52,541 nt of DNA, taken from sequence record SRR22947727_2671, one strand, 5' to 3'. Under the pieces are notes generated by a model. That model was not told the DNA's origin and did not search any database. It worked only from the letters and a program-made list of their open reading frames with translations. Below are positions 51,383 to 52,541 of this stretch, in pieces. Position numbers and translations under genes: made by a program. Position 1 is the stretch's first letter. Each line of letters opens with the position of its first letter.

Positions 51383-52541
51383 ATGAATCTTAATTACGGG
51401 CCTGAGTATAAAAATTTTAAGAAAGAAGTTATTACCTTTTGTAAAAAATGGGAAGGTGTTCACTTTATCGATGAAGCAAAACTCCCATTGACTCCAATTA
51501 CTAAAGTTGGTGGGAAAAAAATTACTAGAACTGAATGGCAATCAATTTTAATTAATGAGGGTTACTTTGCACGCTCTATCCCCAAAGAATATGGTGGCTA
51601 TGGTGGCGAAAGCGACGTTATTAAAAATAGAATTATTGCCTCTGAATTTTCTAATCATAAAATACCCTCTCCAATGAGTGGTCAAGGCATAGACATGCTT
51701 GTTCCAACTCTTCTTGAACTTGGAACTGAAGAACAAAAAAAACAATATATTGAAAAAACATTACTGGGTGAAATTATATGGTGTCAAGGATACTCTGAAC
51801 CTAATGCCGGAAGTGACTTAGCTAGTCTTCAAACAAAAGGAGAATTAGTAGATGGCAATTGGGTTATAAACGGTCAAAAAATATGGACTAGCACTGCACA
51901 ATATTCTCAAATGATGTTTTGTCTAGTAAGAACAGAACCAGAAGCAAAAAAGCATGCTGGTATAAGTTATCTATTAATTCCAATAAAAACGCCTGGTATA
52001 GATATCAGGCCATTAGTCGATATGACGCTAAAAGCTGGCTTTAACGAAGTTTTTTTTACAGACGTAATAATTCCTGAAACAAATATTGTTGGGAAAAGAG
52101 GTGAAGGCTGGGCTGTAGCTAACGCAACACTTACTCATGAAAGAGGTTCATTAACTGATCCTAATGGAACCATGAATAGGGTTAATTCTCTTATTGATAG
52201 GATGAAAAAAGAGACTATTAACGGCAAAAAATTAATTGATATTCCTGTCTACAGAGATAAATTAATGGCTTTACAAGCAAGAGTCATGGCCTTTCAGTCA
52301 AACTCATTGAGAGTATTATCTGCAAAAGTTAACTCCGGACAAGATGTCAAAATGGCTGGAATGATTCAAAAGTATTATGGAACTGAGCTCAGACATGAAT
52401 TAGAAGGTTTTGCTGTTGATGTTATGGGTGAGATTGGAACTTTGTATGAAGATAGCCCTCACCTAAGAGACAAAGGCTCATGGCAATTTTTATATATGTA
52501 CTACCTAGGTCTAATAATTGGAGGAGGTACAAGTCAAATTC
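51383..52541 (+). CDS. Acyl-CoA dehydrogenase, 3'-truncated by window edge (not in ORF track)
   Basis: ATG 51383 MNLNYGPEY...; WCQGYSEPNAGSDLASL, NGQKIWTS, FNEVFFTDV, ends ...IIGGGTSQI at the edge. Confidence 0.9.
   Translation, partial: MNLNYGPEYKNFKKEVITFCKKWEGVHFIDEAKLPLTPITKVGGKKITRTEWQSILINEGYFARSIPKEYGGYGGESDVIKNRIIASEFSNHKIPSPMSGQGIDMLVPTLLELGTEEQKKQYIEKTLLGEIIWCQGYSEPNAGSDLASLQTKGELVDGNWVINGQKIWTSTAQYSQMMFCLVRTEPEAKKHAGISYLLIPIKTPGIDIRPLVDMTLKAGFNEVFFTDVIIPETNIVGKRGEGWAVANATLTHERGSLTDPNGTMNRVNSLIDRMKKETINGKKLIDIPVYRDKLMALQARVMAFQSNSLRVLSAKVNSGQDVKMAGMIQKYYGTELRHELEGFAVDVMGEIGTLYEDSPHLRDKGSWQFLYMYYLGLIIGGGTSQI

Noticed and set aside
37626-51745. Remaining antisense or off-frame ORFs (e.g. 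37626-38024, 44048-44419, 49668-49955, 51548-51745)
   Set aside because: Overlap well-supported genes; 51548-51745 is antisense to the truncated ACAD missing from the track
1-52541. CRISPR arrays, IS elements, toxin-antitoxin or defence genes, selenocysteine or frameshift recoding
   Set aside because: No spaced repeats, transposase motifs, split genes or in-frame TGA at catalytic positions were seen by eye

Overview
This is an AT-rich (roughly one-third GC by eye), very densely coded chromosomal segment of a streamlined gammaproteobacterium. The Pseudomonadales/Cellvibrionales-like gene order, low GC and minimal intergenic space suggest a marine SAR86-like lineage (inference). It begins in the 3' part of tRNA-Asn. 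A mixed accessory/stress region follows: arsC, a sulfotransferase, ppiB-lpxH, LexA-boxed umuDC, DUF2237, a DCC-type oxidoreductase, a Fur-boxed ferritin-like gene, DUF1289 and acnB. Next comes a ~19 kb minus-strand housekeeping run: 5'-nucleotidase-thrH-queH-prpBCD-aroC-leuCDB-asd-fimV-truA-trpFBA-accD-dedD-cvpA-purF, with folC missing. Then lexA, topA, pyrD, galU, a rhomboid protease and nadK. The window ends in a lipid/acyl-CoA catabolic region: a paired acyl-CoA dehydrogenase, an acyltransferase, RraA, a nitronate monooxygenase-like gene, an MsrA-Trx-MsrB fusion, GST, and an AtuA/acyl-CoA carboxylase cluster that runs off the end. I saw no mobile element, CRISPR array or defence system. The most notable unannotated signals are: (1) a perfect sigma-54 promoter plus AGGAGG driving a 36-aa membrane microprotein missing from the ORF track; (2) a cyclophilin gene with both a lipoprotein signal peptide and a strong internal Shine-Dalgarno/ATG, so possibly two isoforms; (3) several apparently leaderless genes; (4) an actinobacterial-style Atu-like cluster. 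All family calls come from motif recognition only; no searches were run.
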